Shown: positions 1-10,200, counted from the first letter of the stretch. The stretch is DNA of 64,000 bases from Phycisphaerae bacterium (GCA_963666835.2 CAXXGO010000006.1:832001-896000), one strand, 5' to 3'. Made by a program: numbers and translations. Notes: generated by a model from the sequence alone, not told the origin.

Positions 1-902
1 ATGCACTTTTTGAACGCCAGGCTGACGTCCGGGATCTCGTCGATCTTGTCGTATACGCTGGATAGGTTATCGATGCATGGGGGAGTGTTGCCCTCGCAGC
101 TCTGGCCCGGGCCGTCCATGGCCAAGGGGCCGTCGCACTTGTACGCAATCGGGGGCGTGTAGATGATCATCGCGTCCAGGATAGCCGTAACCACTTGCCC
201 GATGATGTTGCCGATCAGAATAAACGTGTTGCCCAGGCTCAGCCCGCGAGGGTCATCCTGACGGTCCAGCAACTGGCAGTGGAGCATCGCCTCGACGGCG
301 TCGTGAAAGCCCGCTTCCGAGGCGGGATCCTCCCAGACGCCCTCCGCAGGCGAATACAACCAGCCCCCGGACACCGGAGGGTCACCGGCCGTGGTCGTCA
401 GAGTGCCGCAGACGCCCAGCCCGCCCGGAGTGACCGAGACCGTAAGCTCCAGCGTGCGGGTTACCGAGCCCTCGGTAAGCTGCACGACCGCGTCGACCGA
501 CGAACCCCAACTCTCGAACACCGCCGTAACCGTGCCCGTCGCCACGAGCGATCCGCCCTCCGACACCTGTAGGGCAGCGTCGAGGTACGAGACCTGCCGC
601 GACTTCTGCGTGACGCGCGTTACTGTGGCAGGTCTCGTACCTCGACCATGCCCTACATAACTGCCGCTGGTTAAGGCGAGATCCTCGTCAGCCCACGCGA
701 AGTAATCGGCAAGGTGCTCGATCCGATCGTATTGCCCCGGGGGACCGGGGTCCGCACCTACCGGCCCGCAGTGCAGGTTTCCCATCTCATCCCGGTAACA
801 TCCATCGATGCTCCTAGCTTCTCCCAGGTAGACCGGAGCCGCCTGCGCCCACGCGGTGCTAGGCATGGCGAGAACCACGCCAAGCCCCGCGACCAGCGCC
901 AT
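1..902 (-). CDS. Secreted hypothetical protein, partial (runs off the left edge; absent from the ORF track)
   Basis: Manual translation from ATG 902 is open to position 1. Signal-peptide-like start MALVAGLGVVLAMPSTAWA-Q. Contains an in-frame REP doublet at 568-657. Confidence 0.7.
   Translation of the reverse strand, partial: MALVAGLGVVLAMPSTAWAQAAPVYLGEARSIDGCYRDEMGNLHCGPVGADPGPPGQYDRIEHLADYFAWADEDLALTSGSYVGHGRGTRPATVTRVTQKSRQVSYLDAALQVSEGGSLVATGTVTAVFESWGSSVDAVVQLTEGSVTRTLELTVSVTPGGLGVCGTLTTTAGDPPVSGGWLYSPAEGVWEDPASEAGFHDAVEAMLHCQLLDRQDDPRGLSLGNTFILIGNIIGQVVTAILDAMIIYTPPIAYKCDGPLAMDGPGQSCEGNTPPCIDNLSSVYDKIDEIPDVSLAFKKC
568..657. repeat. Inverted doublet (REPIN-like) of a GTAG-type REP
   Basis: GTAGGGCAGCGTCGAGGTACGAGACCTGCC (569-598) faces a near reverse complement at 627-656. 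Confidence 0.85.
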
Positions 903-1266
903 TCTCACAAGGGCGGCAGTGCGTCCCCCCCCCTGTTCAAAGGACGAAAACCCGTTTGCCCGCCCCGGCGTATCGCCGCGCCGGCCGTCGTACGACGCAC
1001 GTTCATAACCTGTACTCCCTTCTGTTGGGCCGCTGTTCGAGTGAACTTAGCGATGGGATCGGCGGGCCCGCCCGCGGCCTCCAAGTTCGGGACCGCTGTG
1101 TACCTGAAAAACATAACCACGCTCGCAGGGGATGTCAAGTGCGAGTGTTGAATCGCGGCGTAAGCGCCTGGTAGAACATTGTCATTACGCTTGCGGCCCA
1201 AACTGCTGCAGGGCGGCGTCGCAATACAAGATCTGCCACAGACTTCTGCGCGATGCGGGCCTTCGT

Positions 1267-1354
1267 GGCAGGTCTCGTACTTCGACCGTGCCCTACGAGG
1301 TCTTTGTGCATTCCGCGCGGTTGCGGCAGGTCTCGTGCCTCGACCGTGCCCTAC
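1267..1354 (-). repeat. Two tandem GTAG-type REP copies
   Basis: GGCAGGTCTCGT(A/G)C(T/C)TCGACCGTGCCCTAC at 1267-1296 and 1325-1354. Confidence 0.85.
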
Positions 1355-1362
1355 GCAATCCG

Positions 1363-1436
1363 TCCCCCACCCATGCCGGCGGCGGGGTGATGCGGCTATT
1401 CCAGCACGCTAAACGCCGGCACGGATGGGGCACCCG
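1363..1436. repeat. ~75-nt dispersed palindromic repeat (family 2)
   Basis: Alignable by eye with 45903-45976 and the reverse complement of 50338-50411 (TCCCCCACCCA...AAACGCCGG...ATGGGGCACCCG). Confidence 0.7.
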
Positions 1437-1523
1437 GCCTGACGCGAGAAGGAATACCGAACCGTGCTTCTAAATGAGCGACGCGTTACTCCCCTTTATT
1501 GAAGGGGTTTCGGCCCGAGCGCG

Positions 1524-3587
1524 CTACGCCGGGGCGGGTTCGTCGCCCACGGATTCCAGCAGCAGCTCGGCGATGTCCATCTGGGGCATGTCCTCTTTTT
1601 CGTTGTCGGCCAGGCCGTCAATGAGCATCCGCTGGCAGAACGGGCAGGCGCTGCTGATCGTATCCGGGTTCGTATCGAGTAGTTGCAGCGTACGCACGTT
1701 GGCGATGCGCTCCTTGCCTTCCTCTTCTTCCTTGAACATCTGGGCGCCGCCTGCTCCACAGCACATGCCGCGGTCGCGGGTCGCGGTCGGTTCGACCACG
1801 CTTATGCCCGGAATGCTCCGCAGAACATCACGCGGGGCGTCGTACACCTGATTGTATCGACCCAGATAGCAGGAATCGTGGTAGACGACCCGTTGGTTGA
1901 TCGGCTTGGTCGGTTTGATCTTGCCCTGACGAACCAGGTCGGCCAGGAACGTCGTGTGGTGAATCACTTCATAATGCCCGCCGAAGTCGGGGTACTCATG
2001 CGCCAGAGTGTTGAGGCAATGCGGGCACGTCGTCACGATCTTCTTCTTGTTGACCCCGTACCCGTTCAGAGTTTCCACGTTCGCCTGGGCGTACATCTGG
2101 AACAGGTATTCGTTGCCCGCGCGCCGGGCAAGGTCGCCGGTACACTGTTCCTCGTTGCCCAAGGTGGCGAAGTCCACCCCGGCCATCTGCATCAACCGCG
2201 CAGTGGCGCGAGTCACCTTCTTGGCACGCTCGTCGAACGCGGGAGCGCAACCGACCCAGAACAGGATCTTCGCGTCCGGGTGTTCAGCCAGAGTCTTGAC
2301 GCCGAGGCCTTCGGCCCACTTATCGCGCTCGTCGCTGGGGAAGCCCCAGGGATTCGCGCTGGACTCCAGGCAGCGGAAGGCGGCCTGCAGCTCGTTCGGG
2401 AACTCGCCGCGTTCCTGGACCAGATACCGTCGCATGTCGACGATCTTGTCTACATAGCTGATGAACACCGGGCACTCCTGCTCGCATGCCCGGCAGCTTG
2501 TGCAGGCCCAGAGCACCTCGGGGTCGATCACGCCGTCGACCAGGTCCTTATCCTGCTCCGGCACATCGCCTTCCGCGGCGGCTTCGCCGTTGCCGGCCAC
2601 CTTGGCCGCGACTAGCTCCTTCTCGTGGTCGTAAAGGAAATCGCGCAGGTCGAGCGTAAGCTGCTTGGGCGAGAGTTTCTTACCCGTGCTGGCGGCCGGG
2701 CATTGTTCGGTACATCGCCCGCACTCCGTGCAGGTGTAGAAGTCCAGGATAGCCTTCCAACTGAACTGATTGATCCGTTTGATCCCGAGGGTCTCCTCGC
2801 GCTCCAGCATGCCATCGATATCCACGAGCGGCGGTAGCCGCCCCGGGGGATTCAGGTCTTGCGTGTAGACGTTTGGGATCGCCGTAATAACGTGGAAGTG
2901 CTTCGAGTACGGCAGCAGGTTGAGGAAGATCAGCACCAGCGCGGCGTGGATCCAGAAACCGGCGTGCCGAACGCAATTCAACGCGCCGTCGGGTAAGTTC
3001 TGGACCATGAGCGCCGCGAACGACCCGGCCGGCTCGGCCATGTTGAAGGCCACCGCGGCGGCCGGCGTTTCTGCGCGGGCGTGGCGGACAATGTCCGCCC
3101 CGTCGTAGAAGATGTCTGCAACCATCATCACGACGATGATCCAAATGATAATCAGCCCCTCGGTGCTCAGGGTCATCCGCCCCAGGCGTTTGACCATTCG
3201 GTAGTAGACAAATACCAGCGCACCGAGAATAACCAAGACCGCGAACACGTCCTTGAGAAACGCGTAGATGTGCCCCAGCGGTTGGTCCGACGCGAACAGC
3301 CACATATTGAACGACTCGTCGAAGCCGCGCCCCCACAGGATCAGCGATCGCAGCAGAAGCACGAGGAACCCGAAGAAGATCAGAATGTGCGCGATGCCCG
3401 CCACGGGATAACGCGGCATACGAATTTGCGCAAAGGCGAAGGTCACGGTCCGACGCAATCGTTCGACACGATCGTCCCCGCGGTTGATCGGAGCTCCGAC
3501 CATCATTAACCGCCATCGCCGCACGGCGGAAAAGGCGAAGACTCCCCAGCCCACGATAAGCAATGCGGCCATAATCACCGGACCCAT
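1524..3587 (-). CDS. Membrane-bound Fe-S oxidoreductase (FadF/EMO-like, probable ETF:menaquinone oxidoreductase)
   Basis: N-terminal multi-TM domain, two ferredoxin motifs (CTECGRCTEQCP, CTSCRACEQECP), C-terminal CCG domains (HDSCYLGR, CCGAGG, ACPFC). Directly downstream of etfA. Start placed at MGPVIM. Confidence 0.88.
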   Translation of the reverse strand: MGPVIMAALLIVGWGVFAFSAVRRWRLMMVGAPINRGDDRVERLRRTVTFAFAQIRMPRYPVAGIAHILIFFGFLVLLLRSLILWGRGFDESFNMWLFASDQPLGHIYAFLKDVFAVLVILGALVFVYYRMVKRLGRMTLSTEGLIIIWIIVVMMVADIFYDGADIVRHARAETPAAAVAFNMAEPAGSFAALMVQNLPDGALNCVRHAGFWIHAALVLIFLNLLPYSKHFHVITAIPNVYTQDLNPPGRLPPLVDIDGMLEREETLGIKRINQFSWKAILDFYTCTECGRCTEQCPAASTGKKLSPKQLTLDLRDFLYDHEKELVAAKVAGNGEAAAEGDVPEQDKDLVDGVIDPEVLWACTSCRACEQECPVFISYVDKIVDMRRYLVQERGEFPNELQAAFRCLESSANPWGFPSDERDKWAEGLGVKTLAEHPDAKILFWVGCAPAFDERAKKVTRATARLMQMAGVDFATLGNEEQCTGDLARRAGNEYLFQMYAQANVETLNGYGVNKKKIVTTCPHCLNTLAHEYPDFGGHYEVIHHTTFLADLVRQGKIKPTKPINQRVVYHDSCYLGRYNQVYDAPRDVLRSIPGISVVEPTATRDRGMCCGAGGAQMFKEEEEGKERIANVRTLQLLDTNPDTISSACPFCQRMLIDGLADNEKEDMPQMDIAELLLESVGDEPAPA

Positions 3588-3801
3588 AAGCCTTCTCTTC
3601 CTTTCGTCTATGACAGGAATTGTCTTGGACCAAGCCGCGCGCGGCCGCCGATCCTCTGCCGGATTCGATTGAAACCCGAGACCGCGTTCCACGGCGCTGA
3701 TCAGGAAGCCGTGACGCCTTCCGGAGCAGGGTAAACGCCCAATACTCCGGCACCGGATCGCGAGACCGTGAAACGCGGTATCGGGAGGTTAGTTGAGCGT
3801 A

Positions 3802-4791
3802 CTATCCCTTGAGTCGCCTCAGTTCCTCGGTGACCAACGGGACAACCGCGAACAGGTCGGCAACGCAACCATAAGTCGCTACCTTGAAAATCGGAGCATC
3901 TTCCTTGGTATTGATGGCGACAATCACCTTGCTGCCGCGCATACCGGCCAGGTGCTGAATCGCGCCGTCGATCCCGCAGGCAATGTATAGCACCGGTGTG
4001 ACCACCTTGCCGGTCAGTCCGACCTGCCGCGAGTGGGGCTGATAGCCCGCGTCGCACGCCGCGCGCGAGGCACCTACGGCGCCGTCCAACACCTCCGCAA
4101 GTTCGAGCAGAATCTTGAAGTTGTCCTCGGACTTCAGAGCCCGGCCACCGGAGACGATGGTGTCGGCCTCAGTGACATCCTTGATGCCCGATCCGGTTGC
4201 CGCGATTTCCTTGATCTTCAGACGCTTGTCGTTATCCGAAAGCGTCAGCGCCACGGCCTGGACATCGGCGGTAGCTCCGGATTGCGGTTCGGTTGCGACA
4301 TACGCATTCGGCCGCACGGCCGCAATCTGCAAGCGGTCCTTATCGAGCCGGAACTTCGCGCTGAACTTGCCGGCGTACATCGGCTTAGCCGCGATCAGAT
4401 CGTCGCCGTCGAAAACGACTTCGGTGCAGTCAATTGCCAGGGCCCCCCGCTTGCGGGCGCCGACACGCGCGGTTAAGTCGCGTCCCAAAGCCGTGGCTGG
4501 GGCAAGAAGTACCCTCGGGTCGGCTGCCTCGAGAACTGCGGCGACGGCCGCGGTGTACGGCTCCGGCCGGTACATGGCCAGCTCCGCATCGTCGACCGTG
4601 TAGATCTTCTTCGCCCCTTGGGCAGCGACGGCGTCGGTGAGACCACCGACCCCCTCACCAACGAGACAGGCTTCCGCCAGTCCGCCGGAGGTGCCGGCCA
4701 GCTCACCGGCAAGGGCAAGCAACTGGAAAGACGCCGGGTGGATCTTGCCGCTGCGCTGTTCGATGAAAACGAGAATGTTATTAGTACTCAT
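3802..4791 (-). CDS. etfA: Electron transfer flavoprotein alpha subunit
   Basis: IVSGGR, GASRAACDAG, QVGLTGKVVTP and GAIQHLAGM FAD-binding motifs. Confidence 0.95.
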   Translation of the reverse strand: MSTNNILVFIEQRSGKIHPASFQLLALAGELAGTSGGLAEACLVGEGVGGLTDAVAAQGAKKIYTVDDAELAMYRPEPYTAAVAAVLEAADPRVLLAPATALGRDLTARVGARKRGALAIDCTEVVFDGDDLIAAKPMYAGKFSAKFRLDKDRLQIAAVRPNAYVATEPQSGATADVQAVALTLSDNDKRLKIKEIAATGSGIKDVTEADTIVSGGRALKSEDNFKILLELAEVLDGAVGASRAACDAGYQPHSRQVGLTGKVVTPVLYIACGIDGAIQHLAGMRGSKVIVAINTKEDAPIFKVATYGCVADLFAVVPLVTEELRRLKG

Positions 4792-4793
4792 AG

Positions 4794-5585
4794 CTAAACT
4801 ACTTTCGCCTCCTCGCGCAAGACCCTGACGAGCTCCTTGGCCATCTCTTCCGGCTCACCTTCGATAAGCTTGCACTCCGGTCGCGGAGGCGGTGGGGCGA
4901 CGGACTCGAGGTGCGTTCCCGCCTCGGCCGCATTCTCCCCGGGGATATCCGCCGAGGTCAGCACCTTGACCGGCTTCTTCTTCGCCTTCATCAGATTCGG
5001 CAGGGAGGGGTACCGCGGCTCGACCAGCCCTTTTTCAATCGTAAGGACGGCCGGCAGATCGCACTCGACCACTTCTTCGGCACCCTCGATGCGCCGACGA
5101 GCGGCAAAGCTCTTGCCGTCGTCGGAGACTTCCAGCGCGGTTACAGCGCCCACGTGCGGGAGTCCGAGGAACTCGGCCAAAGCCGGTCCGCCCGCTCCGG
5201 CGTCCAGATCGATGGTGTATTTGCCGCAGAGGATCAAGTCGAAGCCGTCGGCGTCTTTCTTGATCGCTTCCGCGATCACATGGGCGGCGAACAATTCGTT
5301 CTTGGACTCGAATACCGGATCGTTGATGTGGACCCCGGAGTCCGCGCCCATGGCCAGGGCGACGCGGAGGGCCTCGTTCGCTTTGTCCGGGCCCAGGATC
5401 ATTGCCACGACCTCGGTTACATCACTGCGCTTTTCGCGAAGTTGGAGGCCCAGCTCCACGCCGAACTCGTCAAACGGGTCCAGCACGAGCTTGAGCCCGT
5501 TGAGATCGATCCCGGTCCCGTCCGGCAGCACCTTAACGGTCGCGTTGGAGTCGGGGACCTGCTTAACAACGGTTAGAATTCTCAA
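4794..5585 (-). CDS. etfB: Electron transfer flavoprotein beta subunit
   Basis: VKQVPD, ALAMGAD and PRYPSL...KAKKK motifs; adjacent to etfA. Confidence 0.95.
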   Translation of the reverse strand: MRILTVVKQVPDSNATVKVLPDGTGIDLNGLKLVLDPFDEFGVELGLQLREKRSDVTEVVAMILGPDKANEALRVALAMGADSGVHINDPVFESKNELFAAHVIAEAIKKDADGFDLILCGKYTIDLDAGAGGPALAEFLGLPHVGAVTALEVSDDGKSFAARRRIEGAEEVVECDLPAVLTIEKGLVEPRYPSLPNLMKAKKKPVKVLTSADIPGENAAEAGTHLESVAPPPPRPECKLIEGEPEEMAKELVRVLREEAKVV

Positions 5586-5724
5586 TGTGCTGCTCTCCTA
5601 GTACTGGTAACACTGCCCACTCTTTGCGTCCCGGAGTGTCTCGGGGTCGATATGTTAGCGGAAAACCCCGCAGATGGGCAGTACCGGCCCAAGAGGCTCG
5701 GACCCTCGTTTCTCACCGGCCTCG

Positions 5725-6030
5725 CTAGTAAGCGATCGAGAACGAGTCGAACTCGCCGGTCGCGGGCGAGTCAGTGCTGCTGATGTCCGTAATGTTGGAA
5801 CGCATAGCGACGGTAAGAGCTTCGATAAACCGGTCTACCTGCGATCTAGCCCCCTCGGCCACCAACTCCACCCGTCCATCGGGCAGATTCCGCACGAACC
5901 CGGTCACGTGGAACGGAGCGGCGACGTCCCGAGCGGTGGCACGGAAGAACACTCCCTGCACTCGCCCTGAGAAGTAAACGGTTCGGCGTGTGTCGGCGGG
6001 ATCACCTTGAGGTGTGGCGGCACCGTTCAT
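5725..6030 (-). CDS. acyP: Acylphosphatase
   Basis: GRVQGVFFR and GFVRNLPDGRVE signatures. Confidence 0.93.
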   Translation of the reverse strand: MNGAATPQGDPADTRRTVYFSGRVQGVFFRATARDVAAPFHVTGFVRNLPDGRVELVAEGARSQVDRFIEALTVAMRSNITDISSTDSPATGEFDSFSIAY

Positions 6031-6054
6031 ATCCCTCTCCAGCGGCCCGGCGGG

Positions 6055-6483
6055 TCAGTCGCGGCGTTTCATCAGGCGGATCTCCCGACCGCCGTCACGG
6101 TAGCTGACCTCGTCCATGTACGACTCCATCAGCATGATCCCACGTCCGTCCGGCTGGCGGAGCCGTTCGGGGGCGGTGCAGTCCGGGACATCTTCCGGGG
6201 CGAACCCGTGCCCCTCATCCCGCACGATAACGACGACCTTCTCTGGCGACACGGCGTAACGCACGGTTACCGTCTTCGACGGATCGTAGCCGTTGCCGTG
6301 CTTGATTGCGTTGGTTAGCGCTTCCTCCAGAGCCAGCTTCACCGCAAAGGTGGCTTCCTTAGAGAAACTGTGTTGTTTGAGGAGGCCCAGGATAGCCTCT
6401 TTGGGCTTGGACGCCTCTTGAACGTTGCTCGCAATCACATGAACGAGGAACGTTGCCTCGTTGTCGGGATCAACGTTGGTCAT
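6055..6483 (-). CDS. Anti-sigma factor Ser/Thr kinase (RsbW/SpoIIAB-like)
   Basis: EEALTNAIKHG, DEGHGF and GRGIMLM HATPase_c motifs. Confidence 0.9.
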   Translation of the reverse strand: MTNVDPDNEATFLVHVIASNVQEASKPKEAILGLLKQHSFSKEATFAVKLALEEALTNAIKHGNGYDPSKTVTVRYAVSPEKVVVIVRDEGHGFAPEDVPDCTAPERLRQPDGRGIMLMESYMDEVSYRDGGREIRLMKRRD

Positions 6484-6593
6484 ACGCTAACGCCGGGCCG
6501 GAGTTTCGGACATCCCCCTGTGACCACACGATACACTGACAACCGTTTCGAAGAGGCAACCTCCGGACCAACACGGCGTGATGTCCGACACCG

Positions 6594-6959
6594 TTAGAAG
6601 CTCTCCAGTGCTTCCTTCTTCGTGCCGTAAATGTGGAAGAGCTTGTTCAGCCGCGTGATCTTGAAGACCTCGAAGATCTGCGGCGTGATATTCGCCAGTT
6701 TGAGCCGGCCTTTGGCTTCTTCGACAGCCTTGTTCAGTGTAATAAGCGTTCCGAGAGCAGAGCTGGACAAATGGTCGACATTGGCGAAGTCCAGCAACAG
6801 GTCTATCTTTGGCGTCTCGGCCACGAGCTTCAGCAGGGTGTCTTGGATCTCCGCAATGCAGAGCTCTTCGAGGATCTTGCGGTCCGCAAACTCGACAATA
6901 CTCACCCCGCCGGTTTCAATGATCGTCAGGTGAGGCTGCTCGTTCGTCATGACGGCCAC
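6594..6959 (-). CDS. STAS-domain anti-anti-sigma factor (RsbV/SpoIIAA-like)
   Basis: LDFANVDHLSSSALG and FKITRL motifs; next to the RsbW-like gene. Confidence 0.9.
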   Translation of the reverse strand: MAVMTNEQPHLTIIETGGVSIVEFADRKILEELCIAEIQDTLLKLVAETPKIDLLLDFANVDHLSSSALGTLITLNKAVEEAKGRLKLANITPQIFEVFKITRLNKLFHIYGTKKEALESF

Positions 6960-7132
6960 GCTCCCTCATTTACGGTGGCTTGAAAACAGAACCTTCAGCG
7001 CTACAGTCTAGGCAGGCGGGCAGTACTGTCAAGATATCGATGGGGGTCGGTCCCGCGGGAGTGTGCTGGTAGAGTTCTTGCGAGGCGGTCTGGCAGCGTG
7101 CTGCGGAAGGGCAGTTTGCAGGTCGGAACATA

Positions 7133-8062
7133 ATGCGACGTAGGACCTGGGTGATCTTGGCTGTGGCGGGGCTCGTGCTGCTCAACGCGGATCGAGCGTG
7201 GGCGTGGGGCCCGGCTATGCACGTGGGGATTGCGTCCTCGGTTCTCGATAACCTGGCGTTGTTGCCGGCCGCCCTGGCGGCGGTTCTGGCGCGGAATCGG
7301 CTGGCCTACCTGTTCGGGAATATTGCCGCGGACGTCGTCTTCGCCAAGCGACTCAGCAAGACCAAGCAGTTTTGCCACCATTGGTCGACGGCGTTTCGTT
7401 TGTTGGAAGAGGCCGGCGGCGAGCAGACTCGGGCCTTCGCTTGCGGGTATCTGACGCACTTGGCGGCGGACACCGTAGCACACGGCAAGTTCGTGCCGCA
7501 CCAGATTGTGGTCAGCGGCTGCGGGGTGAATTTCGGGCATCTGTATTGGGAACTTCGGGCCGACGCGGCGGAAGCCGAATCATCGTGGCGGCTATTGGAA
7601 GATGTTTTGGATGACGATCACGATCCGCATCACGAGGTGTTGGCGGGACTGATTACTGACACGTTTCTGGCATACCCACTCAACCGGCTGCTCTTCAAAA
7701 GCATGCACGCTTTGACGATTCGGCGGGAGTTCCGGCGGACCATCGACGCGTGGAGCCGGCAATCTCGTTGGTATCTGTCCGACGATCTGATGGGCCGCTA
7801 CCGGGCGGAGAGTTCGGACCGTGCCCTGATGGTGCTGACCGACGGGGTGGAATCCACTTTGCTGAAAGAAGACCCCAACGGCACGTCGGCCCTCATGCAA
7901 CTGCGCGTTCGCCGGCGCGAAATCCGGCGGCTGCGGCGGCGCGGAATGCCGGTCGAGCTGCGGTTGCTGGAGACCTCGCTGGGGTTCTCGCCTACCGTGA
8001 CCGAACGCTCGGCCGCGTTGGTGCGGACCGCAAGCGCCGGGACTACGACCAGTCCCCGATAG
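7133..8062 (+). CDS. Zinc-dependent phospholipase C family protein
   Basis: Signal peptide, then W-G-P-x-x-H, and GYLTHLAADTVAH. Confidence 0.75.
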   Translation: MRRRTWVILAVAGLVLLNADRAWAWGPAMHVGIASSVLDNLALLPAALAAVLARNRLAYLFGNIAADVVFAKRLSKTKQFCHHWSTAFRLLEEAGGEQTRAFACGYLTHLAADTVAHGKFVPHQIVVSGCGVNFGHLYWELRADAAEAESSWRLLEDVLDDDHDPHHEVLAGLITDTFLAYPLNRLLFKSMHALTIRREFRRTIDAWSRQSRWYLSDDLMGRYRAESSDRALMVLTDGVESTLLKEDPNGTSALMQLRVRRREIRRLRRRGMPVELRLLETSLGFSPTVTERSAALVRTASAGTTTSPR

Positions 8063-8190
8063 CAGCCAATGCCGGCTATGCGGGATGGCACCGGGGGGAT
8101 GCCGGGCGTTTGCCTTTATTCCTGACTAGTGCATAATGGAACCTAGCGCAACGACAGAATCTCGGGACTCTTGGCAGGCGAGGGTTTCTC

Positions 8191-9066
8191 ATGCAGAACA
8201 TTACGGATCATCTGGTTGAACTGATCAAATCGGCGTCAACGGCGCTGAGCCCCGATGTGGAGGACGCTTTGCGAAGCGCGCTGACGCAGGAGGAAGCGGG
8301 CTCCGCGGCCCGTGGGGCGCTGGAGGCCGTCTTGACCAACGTGGAGATGTCGCGCGACACCGCCCGGCCTATATGCCAGGATACCGGCACTCCGGTCTTC
8401 TATGTCTGGTATCCCCAAGGTGGGTCGCAGCGCGAGATTGCGGGGCAGATCGACCAGGCCGTGCGCATCGCCACGGAGCGGTCGTTCCTGCGCCCCAACG
8501 CGGTGGACAGCTTGACCGGCAAGAACTCCGGCGACAATACCGGAGTCGCGTTTCCTTCGGTGCATTTCGAGGAATGCGGCGGGTCTGAATTGCGCATCGG
8601 GCTGATGCTCAAAGGGGGCGGCAGCGAGAACTGCGGGAGGCAATACAGCATTCCCTCGCCCGAGTTCGCCGCGTCGCGCGACTTGGCCGGGGTGCGTAAG
8701 GCCGTGCTGGATGCGGCGTTCCAGGCTCAGGGCTTGGGCTGTGCTCCGGGCATTCTCGGCGTAGGGATCGGCGGCGACCGGGCATCGAGTATGGTCAAGG
8801 CCAAGGAGCAGTTCTTCCGTCCGTTGGGCGATGCGAACCCCAACCCGGAGTTGGACAAGCTCGAAAAGCAGCTTCACCGAGAGATCAACGAACTCGGGAT
8901 CGGACCGATGGGGTTCGGGGGCAAGACTACCGTATTGGGCGTTAAGATGACCGCCCTGCACCGGGTTCCTGCTTCGTTCTTCGTGTCGATCGCCTACATG
9001 TGCTGGGCGGATCGGCGCAAGATCATGACTATTAAGGACGGCAACGTTACGATTGCGGCCCCGTGA
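8191..9066 (+). CDS. Class I fumarate hydratase/tartrate dehydratase alpha subunit
   Basis: PICQDTG, KGGGSEN and LGIGPMGFGG motifs. Confidence 0.92.
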   Translation: MQNITDHLVELIKSASTALSPDVEDALRSALTQEEAGSAARGALEAVLTNVEMSRDTARPICQDTGTPVFYVWYPQGGSQREIAGQIDQAVRIATERSFLRPNAVDSLTGKNSGDNTGVAFPSVHFEECGGSELRIGLMLKGGGSENCGRQYSIPSPEFAASRDLAGVRKAVLDAAFQAQGLGCAPGILGVGIGGDRASSMVKAKEQFFRPLGDANPNPELDKLEKQLHREINELGIGPMGFGGKTTVLGVKMTALHRVPASFFVSIAYMCWADRRKIMTIKDGNVTIAAP

Positions 9067-9090
9067 CCCGGGGTGATCGGAGACACGCTA

Positions 9091-9708
9091 ATGGCAACCA
9101 AACTTACCGTTCCAATCAGCGAAGAGCAGATTCGGGCACTCAAGGTGGGGGACCAAGTCTTGGTGACCGGCACCATCTTCACCGGACGCGATGCCGCCCA
9201 TAAGTACATGATCGAGAACTTCGTCAAAGGCTCGTGCCCGGAATCCGAGAAGGAGCTGTATGAGGTCCTCAAGAAGGGGCTGGCCGGGTCGGTGATCTAT
9301 CACTGTGGACCCGTGGTGCGGAAGCGCGACGACGGCAAGTACGAGTTCGTGGCCGCCGGTCCTACGACCAGTATTCGCGAAGAGCCCTATCAGGCTGATG
9401 TGATCGGCCACTTCGGGGTCCGGGCGGTCATCGGCAAGGGCGGGATGCGGGCCAAGACCCTCGCCGGCTGCAAGGAACACGGGGCGGTGTACCTGCACGC
9501 GATCGGCGGGGCGGCCACGTTGATCGCCGAGTGCTGCAAGGAAGTGTGCGACGTTCACAAGCTGGATTTCGGCGTACCCGAGGCCTTCTGGGAGATTAGG
9601 GTCGAAGACTTCCCCTGCGTGGTCACCATGGATTCCCACGGGCAGAGCCTGCACGATACGGTTCAAGCCGACTCGGAAGGCAAGCTAAAGGCCCTTCTGG
9701 CAGGGTAG
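9091..9708 (+). CDS. Class I fumarate hydratase/tartrate dehydratase beta subunit
   Basis: TGRDAAH, YHCGP, GPTTS and IGKGG motifs. Confidence 0.92.
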   Translation: MATKLTVPISEEQIRALKVGDQVLVTGTIFTGRDAAHKYMIENFVKGSCPESEKELYEVLKKGLAGSVIYHCGPVVRKRDDGKYEFVAAGPTTSIREEPYQADVIGHFGVRAVIGKGGMRAKTLAGCKEHGAVYLHAIGGAATLIAECCKEVCDVHKLDFGVPEAFWEIRVEDFPCVVTMDSHGQSLHDTVQADSEGKLKALLAG

Positions 9709-9725
9709 ACCGACGCCGGGCTCAG

Positions 9726-10200
9726 GTGGCCAGCTTGTTGGCCCGTGGAGTGACACTGAACGGACACCAAAAACCCGGAGGGCAGGTCGAGGCACGAGAC
9801 CTGCCGCAACGGCGCGGGCGCCCCATGGCTTCAGCCCGTAGGGCAAGTCAATGACCTGCCTTTGCCGGTCAACGCGTCCAGGGTGGCATGGGCCAACTTG
9901 TTGGCCCGTGGAGTGGCACTGTGAGGACACCAACAATCCGTAGGGCAGGTCGAGGTACGAGACCTGCCGCAACGGCGCGCGTGCCCCATGGCGGGTGGCG
10001 TGGTCCACGCTTGCGTGGCCATGAAGGTGTTTGCCGCGAGTTGGTAGGCCCGGTCGACGATCTGCCCTGTGGGCTGGTCGGCCCCTGGAGTACCACTAGA
10101 TGGTCACCGCTAATGGCGCCTGCCCCATGGCTTCAGCCGTGGGAGATGCTGGTTTGGAGGTAGACTGACGGGTGGCCGACTCGTTGGCCCGTGGAGCGGC
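9726..10200. repeat. Composite intergenic REP cluster
   Basis: GGCCA(G/A)CTTGTTGGCCCGTGGAG units (~9728, ~9891, ~10174), GTAG-type REPs (9777-9805, 9940-9968) and GCCCCATGGCTTCAGCC units. Confidence 0.8.

Noticed and set aside
9726..10200. CRISPR array
   Set aside because: The repeats are mixed, irregularly spaced and dispersed elsewhere in the window, and there are no cas genes. They are REP-like.
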